A stretch of 64,000 bases of DNA from Gemmatimonadota bacterium (GCA_020348925.1 CP070758.1:824469-888468); one strand, 5' to 3'. Counted from the first letter of the stretch, positions 21,876 through 31,792 are shown. The notes: generated by a model from the sequence alone, not told the origin. Numbers and translations: made by a program.

Positions 21876-23078
21876 ATGAGAAAATATTATTTTACGTGCT
21901 TGGTATTAGGATTTTTAATTATTCATACCGCTGCAGGCCAACAGGATTCCATCGTTACAGGTTATAAAAATGTAAAAGACGGCGAACTTTACTATGAAAC
22001 GCTTGGACATGGGGACGAAACCATAGTATTTATCCATGATGGTTTGGTACATGGGGAAGTATGGGACGATCAGTTTTCAAATTTTTCCGAAAAATTTCGT
22101 GTTGTTCGTTACGACCGTCGAGGGTATGGACGTTCGCCACAACCCGAGAAAAACTATTCCAATATCGAAGATCTTCACCAGGTTTTCACGTTTCTAAAAA
22201 TTGATAGAGCAATTCTCATTGGAATGTCTGCAGGCGGTGGCCTCGCCATTGATTTTACGCTTGCCCATCCCGATAAAGTCGCATCACTCATTGTCGTCGG
22301 TGCGGTCGTGAGCGGATTTGGGTATTCGGATCATTTCCTGACGAGAGGAGGACGTCTGACAGCAGCGGACTATGCCAATCCCGAAAAACTATTACAATAT
22401 TTTGTGAAAGAGGATCCCTATGAAATTGCCCCTCACAATAAAGATATAAAAGAAAAACTTTGGCATCTTATGGAGGCATTTCCTCAGAATATCGATTTTT
22501 CAAAAAACCGGTTGGCAGTTCCACCGGAACGTCCGGCCATTGGTAGATTGAACGAAATTCAAATCCCTACTCTGATCGTCATCGGAGAATATGATATACC
22601 CGATGTTTTCGTCCATGCGGGGGCCATTGAATCGGGTATTCCATTTGCACAAAAGGTGATTATACGAAACGCGGGACATCTGGTACCATTGGAACAGCCA
22701 AAAATATTCAACGAACAGGTTCAAGATTTTCTGAATGGTGCGGAGTTCTTCCAGATATTAAACACCAAGGGTGTTACAGAAGCAGTTGAGATGTTTCATA
22801 AGAAACGGAAAGAAGATACTAAGTGGATTCCTTTTAGCGAAACACACATGAATGCTTTAGGGTATCAATTTCTGCAATCCGGTCAAACAAAGGAAGCAAT
22901 TGAGTTATTCAAACTGAATGTGTTGGCATATCCTGAATCAGCAAACACGTATGACAGTCTGGGCGAAGCGTATATGGTTGATGGCGACAAGGAATTAGCG
23001 ATCCAAAATTATAACAAATCTCTCGAACTTGATCCGAACAACAAAAATGCAATAGAAAAGTTGAAACAGTTGAAATAA
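21876..23078 (+). CDS. Secreted alpha/beta hydrolase with C-terminal TPR repeats
   Basis: Signal peptide; YDRRGYGRS, GMSAGG, AGHL; NALGY...YDSLGEAY TPRs. Confidence 0.88.
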   Translation: MRKYYFTCLVLGFLIIHTAAGQQDSIVTGYKNVKDGELYYETLGHGDETIVFIHDGLVHGEVWDDQFSNFSEKFRVVRYDRRGYGRSPQPEKNYSNIEDLHQVFTFLKIDRAILIGMSAGGGLAIDFTLAHPDKVASLIVVGAVVSGFGYSDHFLTRGGRLTAADYANPEKLLQYFVKEDPYEIAPHNKDIKEKLWHLMEAFPQNIDFSKNRLAVPPERPAIGRLNEIQIPTLIVIGEYDIPDVFVHAGAIESGIPFAQKVIIRNAGHLVPLEQPKIFNEQVQDFLNGAEFFQILNTKGVTEAVEMFHKKRKEDTKWIPFSETHMNALGYQFLQSGQTKEAIELFKLNVLAYPESANTYDSLGEAYMVDGDKELAIQNYNKSLELDPNNKNAIEKLKQLK

Positions 23079-23179
23079 TTTTCGTTTCTTCACCAATTCG
23101 GTTGAAGAATATGGCTCAAACAATAAAAACGTCTTGTAAATAAAGAAAAGTTGATGCCGAATGATCGAGATGACTTCCT

Positions 23180-23344
23180 TTCTTTTTCTTTGCTGGCCAA
23201 AGAAAAAGAAGCAAAAAGAAAGGCCAGCCCCAAGACTTCGCCGGGACCATCTGCGGCTCGCTTCGCTGCTTTTCCGGAACTCATCCCTACTTTCGCAGGG
23301 ATTCAGACAGCCGGAAAAAACACGCTCCGCTTGCCGGATGGTCC
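23180..23344. repeat. Structured palindromic intergenic element
   Basis: 13-bp hairpin TTCTTTTTCTTTG/CAAAGAAAAAGAA, then nested inverted repeats GGACCATC/GATGGTCC, TTTTCCGG/CCGGAAAA, ATCCCT/AGGGAT. Confidence 0.6.
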
Positions 23345-23607
23345 AGCGGCTCAGGCTTCAGGGCATCTGCTCTGTATCCTTCAGCGGGAAGAGGTGTGAC
23401 CTGAGCCGAAAAGTCGAAAGGGGCTTGGTCATCGTTATCAATGCTACGGCCATTTCAGGACCATGTTTGTCATCAGTACAGAGAATAGTGAATTCATCAA
23501 CAACATTGGAGATGATCCAAATTCTTATCCGTTTGGGAATTTTTCTCAATACACTGTGTTGTTTCTTTTTCAGTAATGAAAAAAGCGTAAAAGGAACAAG
23601 GAATTTA

Positions 23608-23767
23608 TCCACGAGGGTCAGGGCTTAAATTTTAAATTATATTAGAGTAGAGAGTACACTCCTTGTATCAGAGGGAGAGGAGTCATCTCTTTGAGTTTGA
23701 GTTTTACAGAATAATTTTTTTGAAATAATAATCCCATGAAGAGTGAAGAGAAAATTTGCTTTTGAAG
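23608..23767 (+). repeat. Dispersed ~150-bp intergenic repeat, copy 1
   Basis: Shares collinear blocks TCCACGAGG, GCTTAAATTTTAAAT, ACACTC, TGAGTTTGA, AATAATCCCAT, AAGAGTG, TTTTGAAG with 31464-31605. Confidence 0.75.
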
Positions 23768-23785
23768 AGGTGACCAGAAGGTGCC

Positions 23786-24772
23786 ATGAAAGCGATTGTC
23801 TACACAAAATACGGACTGCCGGATGTCCTTCAACTCAAAGAGGTGGAGAAGCCGGTCCCCAAGGATAACGAAGTATTGATTAAAATTCAAGCGGCATCCA
23901 TAAATTATATGGATTGGGGTTTTGTTCGAGGTGAACCGTACATCGTTCGCCTCTGGTCCGGGTTTTTTAAACCAAAAAACAAGATACCCGGAGCTGACAT
24001 AGCAGGACGGATTGAAGCGGTTGGTGAAAAGGTAAAAGAGTTTCAGCCTGGTTGTGAGGTATTCGGAGATATATCGAGTTGTGGACATGGCGGTTTTGCC
24101 GAATATGCGGCCGTTCCTGAGAATCTCCTGGTATTAAAGCCTGCAGGTATTTCATTTGAAGAAGCAGCGGCTGTACCTGTCGCAGGGATCACCGCTTTGC
24201 AGGGAATTCGCAAAGGAGGGATACAACCAGGACATAAGGTATTGATTCAAGGAGCATCCGGCGGTGTTGGAACATTTGCAGTCCAGATTGCCAAATCGTT
24301 CGGTAGTGAGGTGACTGCTGTGTGCAGCACAACGAAATTGGACATGGTACGATCGATTGGTGCAGACTTTTGTATTGACTACACGAAGGAGGATTTTACC
24401 CAAAATGGACAGTGTTATGATCTTATTATTGCTGCTAATGGGTATCATTCGATCTCAGATTATAAACGAGCATTAACACCCAAAGGGACTCTCGTTGTCA
24501 CCGGAGGCTCCATGGCTCAAGTTTTCCAGTCGATGTTTCTCGGACCATTGATTTCATTGATGGGGAGTAAAAAAATAATGAACATGGGGGTTGCCGAATC
24601 AAATAAAAAGGATTTGACTTTCTTAGGAGCACTTCTTGAAGCAGGCAAGGTAAAACCTGTGTTGGACAGATGTTACACCTTAAGTGAGGTCCCTGATGCT
24701 CTCCTCTATTTTGGAGAAGGACATGCCCGAGGAAAAGTAGTCATAAGTGTGGAACATAGTAACAAAACCTAA
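23786..24772 (+). CDS. NAD(P)-dependent MDR-family (zinc-binding ADH-like) oxidoreductase; cassette gene
   Basis: GASGGVG nucleotide-binding motif, GHARGKVV C-terminus; stop lies within an attC-like site. Confidence 0.92.
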   Translation: MKAIVYTKYGLPDVLQLKEVEKPVPKDNEVLIKIQAASINYMDWGFVRGEPYIVRLWSGFFKPKNKIPGADIAGRIEAVGEKVKEFQPGCEVFGDISSCGHGGFAEYAAVPENLLVLKPAGISFEEAAAVPVAGITALQGIRKGGIQPGHKVLIQGASGGVGTFAVQIAKSFGSEVTAVCSTTKLDMVRSIGADFCIDYTKEDFTQNGQCYDLIIAANGYHSISDYKRALTPKGTLVVTGGSMAQVFQSMFLGPLISLMGSKKIMNMGVAESNKKDLTFLGALLEAGKVKPVLDRCYTLSEVPDALLYFGEGHARGKVVISVEHSNKT

Positions 24773-24838
24773 AAAGACACTGCACCGGCCCGCTAATTCG
24801 CTGTGCTTTAAAGCGGAAGGTGAGCTTGGTCGTTCGGC
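24767..24838 (+). other. Integron attC site (degenerate)
   Basis: ACCTAAA (one change from RYYYAAC) ... CACC / CCGCT-AGCGG / GGTG ... GTTCGGC; 72 bp; overlaps the upstream stop codon. Confidence 0.7.
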
Positions 24839-24871
24839 TTATTAATTTTTATACTCTTGGCGAGAGAACAC

Positions 24872-25825
24872 ATGAAAGCAATTGTCTGCACGAAATATGG
24901 ACCACCAGAAGTTCTTCAGCTTAAAGAGGTGGAGAAACCGGTTCCGAAAGATAACGAAGTGCTGATAAAGGTTCATGCGACGACCTGTCACATTGGGGAC
25001 ACGAGAGTTCGAAGTTTTAATGTCCCTTTCTGGCAGATGATCCCATTTCGAATTTTTTTGGGTATCAGAAAGCCAAAAAGAAGTATACTTGGAATGGAGT
25101 TAGCCGGGCAGGTTGAAGCTGTAGGCAAGGGCGTAAAACGATTCAAAAAAGATGACCAGGTTTTTGCATCAACCGGTTTTGTTTTTGGTGCATATGCTGA
25201 ATATATCTGCTTGCCTGAAGACAGCACAAATGTAGCTCAAGGGTTAGTGGCGCTAAAGCCAGCCAATATGACCTATGAGGAAGCTGCTGCCGGTGCGGCT
25301 TCTGGAGGACTAACAGCATTGTCTGTTCTTCGCAAGGCAAATATCCGTAATGGACAGAATGTCCTTATCTATGGAGCCTCAGGAAGTGTGGGGGTATTTG
25401 CAGTACAACTTGCCAAATATTTTGAGGCGGAAGTTACTGGAGTATGCAGTACCGCGAACGTGGACTGGGTGAAATCGCTGGGCGCCGATACGGTTATTGA
25501 TTATACCAAAGAAAATTTTACAGAACGCGGAGTAACCTACGATGTTATTTTCGATGCGGTGGACAAGATATCGTCTTCACGAGGTAAGAAGGCTCTCAAA
25601 AAGAATGGAATCTACCTTAACGTTATTAAGCATTCCGGTCGTGGGGATGACATAAAAACTGAAGATTTGATCTTTCTCAAAGACCTTATTGAAGCGGGAA
25701 AACTAAAGACGGTCATAGATAGATGCTATCCGTTGGAACAAATGGTCGAGGCTCACAGGTATGTTGAAAAAGGACACAAAAAGGGACATGTCGTCATAAC
25801 TGTTGAACATGCGGAGAAAACTTAA
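24872..25825 (+). CDS. NAD(P)-dependent MDR-family oxidoreductase (paralog); cassette gene
   Basis: [16 protein letters not shown]-terminus nearly identical to that of 23786. Confidence 0.92.
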   Translation: MKAIVCTKYGPPEVLQLKEVEKPVPKDNEVLIKVHATTCHIGDTRVRSFNVPFWQMIPFRIFLGIRKPKRSILGMELAGQVEAVGKGVKRFKKDDQVFASTGFVFGAYAEYICLPEDSTNVAQGLVALKPANMTYEEAAAGAASGGLTALSVLRKANIRNGQNVLIYGASGSVGVFAVQLAKYFEAEVTGVCSTANVDWVKSLGADTVIDYTKENFTERGVTYDVIFDAVDKISSSRGKKALKKNGIYLNVIKHSGRGDDIKTEDLIFLKDLIEAGKLKTVIDRCYPLEQMVEAHRYVEKGHKKGHVVITVEHAEKT

Positions 25826-25891
25826 CAAAGCGCTGAAGCTGACTGGCCGCACGCGCCTATGTGGGCCTGCAACTGAACGCGGACGTTAGCC
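25820..25891 (+). other. Integron attC site
   Basis: ACTTAAC ... GCTGAAGCTGAC / GCAACTGAACGC ... GTTAGCC; 72 bp; TAA stop inside the R'' box. Confidence 0.78.
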
Positions 25892-25915
25892 TGCCCACAA
25901 GTAATGAGGATGGAC

Positions 25916-26065
25916 ATGCAGAAGTCCCGGTTCATTGTCGGCTTAATTCTAATTGCCGCCGCAGCCCTACTGTTCGTGTTTGGTAAAGGAAGCTATTCTG
26001 TTGCTGGTGTGATAGCCCTTGGAGTGCTTGGTCTGGTGTCAATTGCGATCTCTCGAAGGAAGTAG
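25916..26065 (+). CDS. Small two-TM membrane protein (49 aa), cassette-borne
   Basis: MQKSRFIVGLILIAAAALLFVFGKGSYSVAGVIALGVLGLVSIAISRRK; GAGGA RBS; starts 24 nt after the attC; below the ORF track length cutoff. Confidence 0.7.
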   Translation: MQKSRFIVGLILIAAAALLFVFGKGSYSVAGVIALGVLGLVSIAISRRK

Positions 26066-27061
26066 CCCGTGCAGTGTATAGCGAGGGGGTAGGCCGGCAT
26101 TCGCACTATCTCTTCTATGTCGGTTCTGTAAAAGGAAGCCCACAAGACCGTCCCCCGCGCTCCCTCATCCCTCCTCCTATGAAACGCACCGGAGATCCAG
26201 GAAATCTTCCGGGATGTCTGTCTCATGTCTCGTGAGAATGAGAACAGGGGGACGTATTCAGGAGAGGCTGTTGTGCTTCAGTTGTGATAGTATTGGAGAC
26301 ACCAAGACCGGAACAGGTGAGTCCCTGGCAAGGGGGAAAACTCTTATGTAAAAGGGGACACTCTTGGGTATACATTTTTCCACATAAGCTCATGTATCTA
26401 TTTCTTTCAGCAAAGAGGTCGACCATTTCTCCGGATAGGCGCGGTTCAAGAGTAATCATAAAAGATCGTTGTGACTTGAAATCGTCTGTTTTTATCATAC
26501 GCTCTGCATACAAGAAAAAAATGAATGCATTATTTCTTGTGCCGTAGTTGGTTGCAAGAAATATTCCGCCGTCAACCCCGTCTCTTTGAGCGTTGGAGCC
26601 GCAGCGTGTTTCCAAATACGTTTCTTCATGGTGAAACATTTCCGTGTTTCATTCCGTCCTCTCTACGTGCATGCGCCAAAAAATAGCAGAAGATTTTGAG
26701 ATGCTGTTGAGCAAAAGAAGAGCGAATCCTTCCTCATCATAGTCGTCTTAATACTCATGGTTTCGGGGTTTGGATCGGCTCGGATGGGATCGTTGACTCG
26801 AAGTTTCAACAGCCTTCTGCTTCGGACCCGGTGTATAGACACCATTGCAGAGTTCGATAGAAGTGCGAGATCTGAGTGGGGCATAGTCCCCAGGAAACCT
26901 TTTTCTCATGGTCCACTATGGCGATCGTGAGAACCTCTTTCAAAAGGTAGACCGGGATCCAGATGAAGATTCTACAGGGAAACCAGTGTTTTACGGTAGT
27001 TCATATTGTCGTTTCCTTGGGAATTACGAATGTCAACTCTTAGCAAAGTAAGGAGAACATC

Positions 27062-28222
27062 ATGAAACATCGACAATCAAAAATGAATATCTTTGTCGTA
27101 CTCTTGTATGCAATCCTTATGATAGGATGCAAATCCTGTGAAAAACAAATGGATGCGAATGAACTGAGTAGTAAGCTTCAAGCCATAGTAGACAGTGTTA
27201 TTTGTGTCGAAAGCGAGGATCCAATACACAGCGCTGTGTTGCTCGTCGAATGTCCTGGATTTCAATGGAAGGGTGCTGCCGGTATGGCAGACGGCAAGAA
27301 TGAAACGATGACTGCGGATCACAAGATTAAGATTGCCAGTATCGGAAAGAGTTTCACGGCGACACTTATTTTACAGTTGATGGAGGACGGATACCTTCAT
27401 CTGGATGACACCATTGACAAGTTTTTAGATAATCCTGTCGTCAAGCTGGACAGCTTGCATATCTATGAAGGGGTTGCGTACGGTCGTCAGATTACCGTGG
27501 AACAGCTGCTCCATCATACGAGTGGAATAAAAGATTATATGGAAGATCCTCGATTTATTCCCAGGCTTTTGGAATACCCCCAAACGCAGTACAGCCCGGC
27601 TAAGATTCTCAATATGTATTATGAGTTTGGAACAAACCGTAAAGCGGTATTTCCGCCCGGGAAAGGTTTTTCCTACAGTGACCCTAACTATGTGCTCCTG
27701 GCAATGATCGTTGAACACGTTACAGGTCGGACCTATCACGCAATGTTGAAAGAGCGTATATTTGAGCCATTGGGAATGGAGAACAGTTATCTGGAATACT
27801 ATGAGGAACCGAGAGGGGACAAGCCTTTATCGCATGCTTTCGCGAGCACAATAGATTTAATTACCGACCTCAATACCTCCTGTGATTGGGGTGGAGGTGG
27901 AATCGTGTCTACCTGTGAAGAACTGAATAGGTTTTTCAGAGCATTGATTGGAGGGAAACTGTTTGACAAGGATTCAACTCTAAAACTGATGCTCTCCGCA
28001 GCCGACGAAGGCCGAGGTGTCAAGGATGTTTATGATTATGGTTTGGGTATAATGAAGAGATCCATTCATGGACTCACTTTTTACGGTCACGGCGGGGCCT
28101 ATGACTGCGATGCTTTTTACTGTCCCGTAAAGGATATCAGTGTTTGCATGAGTTTGAACCAGACGAACACACATGGTAAGAGGAATAAATTTTTGCGGCA
28201 AGCTGTGATGCTCATAATGTGA
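27062..28222 (+). CDS. Serine hydrolase, beta-lactamase/D-Ala-D-Ala carboxypeptidase family (probable lipoprotein)
   Basis: SxxK (ASIGK), LLHHTSG, YSD in place of YSN, GHGG; MIGC lipobox-like signal. Confidence 0.88.
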   Translation: MKHRQSKMNIFVVLLYAILMIGCKSCEKQMDANELSSKLQAIVDSVICVESEDPIHSAVLLVECPGFQWKGAAGMADGKNETMTADHKIKIASIGKSFTATLILQLMEDGYLHLDDTIDKFLDNPVVKLDSLHIYEGVAYGRQITVEQLLHHTSGIKDYMEDPRFIPRLLEYPQTQYSPAKILNMYYEFGTNRKAVFPPGKGFSYSDPNYVLLAMIVEHVTGRTYHAMLKERIFEPLGMENSYLEYYEEPRGDKPLSHAFASTIDLITDLNTSCDWGGGGIVSTCEELNRFFRALIGGKLFDKDSTLKLMLSAADEGRGVKDVYDYGLGIMKRSIHGLTFYGHGGAYDCDAFYCPVKDISVCMSLNQTNTHGKRNKFLRQAVMLIM

Positions 28223-28241
28223 TATATATTGTGTGTCAAGC

Positions 28242-28364
28242 TGTATGACAATCGCTGCACTGCGACAGCGGGGGCTGGCGTTCTGGGTGCGTTCTCAAAG
28301 TTATCTCTTTTGAAGAGATACTCCATGCATAACAGTTCCGTCGCACATAAAGCGGAGTTTATAC
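28242..28364 (+). other. Degenerate attC-like site
   Basis: GTATGAC ... TGCGAC / GTCGCA inner arms ... GTTTATAC, directly after the gene end. Confidence 0.45.
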
Positions 28365-28459
28365 GGTTTGGGATCTCTAAGAATAGGAATCGCGTTCGTG
28401 ATTTCATCGAATGAAACTATCTTGTCTTAAGAGGAATACTGTCACATTACTGAAATATT

Positions 28460-28618
28460 TTGAGAAAATATGATGAACCGATTATTGTGAAACAAACATT
28501 TCACACATCAATTGATACGGTTTGGAATTCCATGACCGAGAATACCCAAATGCTTCAATAGTATTTTGAGAATATCCTGTCATTGAAACCTGTAGTTGGA
28601 TTTGAGACTCAATTTTAA
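28460..28618 (+). pseudogene. SRPBCC/AHSA1-domain protein pseudogene
   Basis: MRKYDEPIIVKQTFHTSIDTVWNSMTENTQMLQ*YFENILSLKPVVGFETQF*; TAG at the position of the family's conserved Trp. Confidence 0.7.
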
Positions 28619-29133
28619 TCGGGAACGCTATGAAATAGCGGCATGAAATATGACATCCGCAAAGATCTTTTCGGTGCAAAAAGTCTTATTGTAGTAACCC
28701 ATTACAAGTGTCCGTTTCAGTATTCAAAAAAAACAGGTATCATTTGTTTTAAAAATAGTCTATATTAAAGTCAAGGCGACGGATGAAATGCACATGGCAT
28801 TATTCAAGCGTCTTCGTTCGAGATAATATTAGGCGTAATTGAGTTTGGAGGGAGCAAGGTTGTTTAAAACCTTGAGCAGTCCTTTTCAGGTAACTTCGTA
28901 TCCAACATTGCGGTTCACTTCCGGATACTATGCGAAGCGTTTGGCGGCTGCCGCATGCATCATGGGACAATATGGCTGGAGCCGGACGGAAAGGAAGAGG
29001 AAGGCCACACATGTCTTGACATTTACGCTGTTCATTATCACGATGTTCTTAACCTGCTGGCAGTCGATCCAAGGGGACAAGGTGCGCAGCGAAGAAGAGG
29101 ACCGCGCTGTCAGGATTCTCAGTTCCCTATTTC

Positions 29134-29241
29134 CCCGAACACCTGTTGACGGTGGTGTCTCGCGCCTGTGCGACCGGGCTGCCGCCTATGCGGCTGTTTG
29201 AAGCAGTCCTTGGCACGTAGTTGAGCGCCGGAGCGTTATGC
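29134..29241 (+). other. attC-like site (degenerate left half)
   Basis: CCCGAAC ... GTTGAGCGCCGGAGC-GTTATGC, followed by RBS GGAGG and an ATG. Confidence 0.55.
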
Positions 29242-29256
29242 ATATGGAGGAAAGAA

Positions 29257-29280
29257 ATGACAAAAGTAGTGAATATCGAA
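29257..29280 (+). CDS. Start of a cassette gene (MTKVVNIE..., possibly a cupin), cut by gap
   Basis: Strong RBS just after the attC R' box; only 8 codons visible. Confidence 0.4.
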
Positions 29281-29419
29281 NNNNNNNNNNNNNNNNNNNN
29301 NNNNNNNNNNNNNNNNNNNNNNNNNNNNNNNNNNNNNNNNNNNNNNNNNNNNNNNNNNNNNNNNNNNNNNNNNNNNNNNNAGAGGTAAATAACAGGTTGA
29401 GTATTGCATTCCGATGGTA

Positions 29420-29506
29420 GTCTGACATAGTGCGAGCCTAAAGCGGGTTGCCGCAAAGGGTCGGTCGGCATATCACCCTACAAGCGGCTGACGCAGAGCG
29501 TTAGGT
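29420..29506 (+). other. Integron attC site
   Basis: GTCTGAC right after a TAG stop ... GCGGCTGACGCAGAGC-GTTAGGT (canonical GTTRRRY). Confidence 0.65.
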
Positions 29507-29524
29507 GTTTTCCAGGGAATAATA

Positions 29525-30433
29525 ATGATAAATACAGTGTTGGGAAAGATATCAAAAGAAAAGCTAGGCCATACCAGAATTCACGAGCATATTTTATGGG
29601 CATGGACTGATAATGTAAGAATAAAATTTGACAGAAAAACGGTTGTAAGTATCATACTTCCACATTTAAAAGAATTGAAATCAATAGGTTGCGATACTTT
29701 AGTTGAGGCAACACCCAATGGAGCAGGTAGAGATGTAAGTGTATTAAAGGAATTATCTGAAAAAGCGAATCTGAACATTATTACTAATTGTGGAGTTTGG
29801 GATGGATTGGATTACAACGGCGCATATATTCCTCAAAGCATTAGGAAAAAGAGTTCCCACGAAATTGCTGAAGAATGGATTGATGAATATGAGAAAGGAA
29901 TAGATAAAAGTGGAATTAAACCAGGAATTATTAAAATTGGACTTGGAGACAATGATGTCATATCGGATTTTCAGAGAGTATTTCTAAAAGCAGCAATAAT
30001 TACAAGCAAATATTCCGGGCTTCCGATTTTATCCCATATCTGCTCTTCAAAATCTGCAATAGAAATAGTTGAAATAGTTGAAAGTGAAAACTTGGAGTTA
30101 GACAAAATTATATGGAGTCATGCAGATTTTGCTTTTGATGACATTACTATAATTGAATTGGCAAAACGAGGAATTTGGATAGAGTTGAGTTGGCATACAG
30201 GCCAGGCAGAAGAATATAATTGGTACATCAAAACGATAAATAGAATGAGAGATTTGGATTTGCTGGACCAATTACTTGTGTCACAGGATGCTGGTGGATT
30301 TCACGAAGGGAAGATAGTATCCTATAGAGATTTTTATACAAGATTTATTCAGGAATGTGTTAAAAATAATATCTCAAATGAAGTTGTTGATAGACTGCTA
30401 ATATCAAATCCATCAAATGCCTTGGATAATTAG
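29525..30433 (+). CDS. Phosphotriesterase-family amidohydrolase; cassette gene
   Basis: INTVLG, HEH metal motif, GIIK, SH, SHAD, SQDAG, NP; very AT-rich. Confidence 0.88.
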   Translation: MINTVLGKISKEKLGHTRIHEHILWAWTDNVRIKFDRKTVVSIILPHLKELKSIGCDTLVEATPNGAGRDVSVLKELSEKANLNIITNCGVWDGLDYNGAYIPQSIRKKSSHEIAEEWIDEYEKGIDKSGIKPGIIKIGLGDNDVISDFQRVFLKAAIITSKYSGLPILSHICSSKSAIEIVEIVESENLELDKIIWSHADFAFDDITIIELAKRGIWIELSWHTGQAEEYNWYIKTINRMRDLDLLDQLLVSQDAGGFHEGKIVSYRDFYTRFIQECVKNNISNEVVDRLLISNPSNALDN

Positions 30434-30448
30434 TAATGCGAAAAAAAC

Positions 30449-30572
30449 ACCTAACCCCGCGTGTAGCCACTCGCCTTCAGTGGAGGGTAAGCGGCGCGAA
30501 AAATACAAAGTTTGACTGTATGAATAGTGAAATCTTGCTCTTGTTGGCGGGCTGCTAACGCCAACGTTAGCA
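30449..30572 (+). other. Integron attC site
   Basis: ACCTAAC ... GCGTGTAGC / GCTAACGC ... GTTAGCA; 124 bp. Confidence 0.82.
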
Positions 30573-30618
30573 GTTAAGCAAGGTTAAACCAAAAACAAAT
30601 TCTATAGCAGGAGAAGAC

Positions 30619-31446
30619 ATGAAAATAATTACTTTCATTTCACTAGTAATTTTCAGTCAAAACCTTTTTGGCCAACCCATTCCTTATGGTTACAACGAAG
30701 AAGCCGGCGGGTACTTTGATGTTGGCAACAATACTAAACTGTACTATGAAATCTATGGTGAAGGTGATCCGCTGTTAATTCTCCACGGCGGAGTTTTTGG
30801 ATATATAGACGAATTTGAATATTTAATACCTAAGCTTGTTGAAAAATATCAGGTTATCTGCTTAGCCACACGTGGACATGTAAAATCAGATATTGGAAAT
30901 GAACCATATACTTATGAGCAAAGAGCGACTGATGCTTATAAGCTCATTCAAAATCTGAAGTTAGAAAATGTTACTGTTGTTGGATTTAGTGATGGTGGTT
31001 TTACTGCCTATAAACTGGCAGCCATTTACCCCGATATAATTGAAAAAATTGTTGTCATGGGGGCAGGTGATGATCCGCCTAAGGACGAACCCGGAACAAG
31101 TTCATATTCTGCTGATAGCTTAATGAAGAATTATGGCGATTATTTCAAAAAAAGAGTAGAAAATATGCCTGAGCCTGATAGGTGGAATGAAAGCCTAAAC
31201 ATGTTAAACGATCTGTATAATAATAGTTTTGTCAGTCACGAAACTTTCAAAAAAATCAAATGTCCAGTATTGGTTATGAGTGGTGATGGTGACGAATTTT
31301 CAAGTCCGGAAGAATGTTTAGCAGCACATCGATATCTGCCAGATTCTCAACTTTCAATAATACCAGGTTGTGGTCATGTACTGTTATATTGTAATTTTCC
31401 AGCAGTATGGGAATCAATGAAAATATTTTTAGGGTATAAAAATTAA
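30619..31446 (+). CDS. Secreted alpha/beta hydrolase; cassette gene
   Basis: Signal peptide; LYYEIYGEG, LHGG, RGH, GFSDGG, GCGH. Confidence 0.9.
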   Translation: MKIITFISLVIFSQNLFGQPIPYGYNEEAGGYFDVGNNTKLYYEIYGEGDPLLILHGGVFGYIDEFEYLIPKLVEKYQVICLATRGHVKSDIGNEPYTYEQRATDAYKLIQNLKLENVTVVGFSDGGFTAYKLAAIYPDIIEKIVVMGAGDDPPKDEPGTSSYSADSLMKNYGDYFKKRVENMPEPDRWNESLNMLNDLYNNSFVSHETFKKIKCPVLVMSGDGDEFSSPEECLAAHRYLPDSQLSIIPGCGHVLLYCNFPAVWESMKIFLGYKN

Positions 31447-31463
31447 ATAGGTTGAACTTGGAG

Positions 31464-31605
31464 TCCACGAGGTTTAGAGCTTAAATTTTAAATATTGAGA
31501 GTAAAAAAGACACTCTTGTAAAAGGGGGGGAGGATTAATCTCTCTGAGTTTGAATTATTACAAAATAATCCCATAAAGAGTGCTGAGAAAAATTTAATTT
31601 TGAAG
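31464..31605 (+). repeat. Dispersed ~150-bp intergenic repeat, copy 2
   Basis: Collinear similarity to 23608-23767. Confidence 0.75.
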
Positions 31606-31665
31606 GGTCGATCCTGGTAGAGAGTCCCCGAATTTCTGGACAAAGCCTCGGTGCGGTTCAAGAGC

Positions 31666-31792
31666 AATTGACTACGACTGCACCCGAAGTTGGGGGCGGT
31701 GTTCTCTCGAGCGTTTTGAGAGTTCATGACGTTTTTTCTCAATTTCATAACTCGGACTCTTTCCTCCGGGACGGGTGGGTCTCGCGTTTGCC
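31666..31792 (+). other. Degenerate attC-like site
   Basis: AATTGAC ... CTGCACCCG / CGGGTG ... GTTTGCC directly upstream of the next gene. Confidence 0.45.

Noticed and set aside
26223-26884. Minus-strand ORFs of 138 and 73 aa
   Set aside because: No recognisable motifs, opposite to array orientation; probably degraded DNA.
27062-28222. Clinically relevant beta-lactamase resistance gene
   Set aside because: Motifs fit the broad serine-hydrolase/peptidase family (YSD, HGG); beta-lactam hydrolysis is not supported by sequence alone.
28460-28618. TAG readthrough or recoding in the SRPBCC frame
   Set aside because: A second stop and degraded sequence follow, and TAG is a normal stop elsewhere; decay is the simpler explanation.
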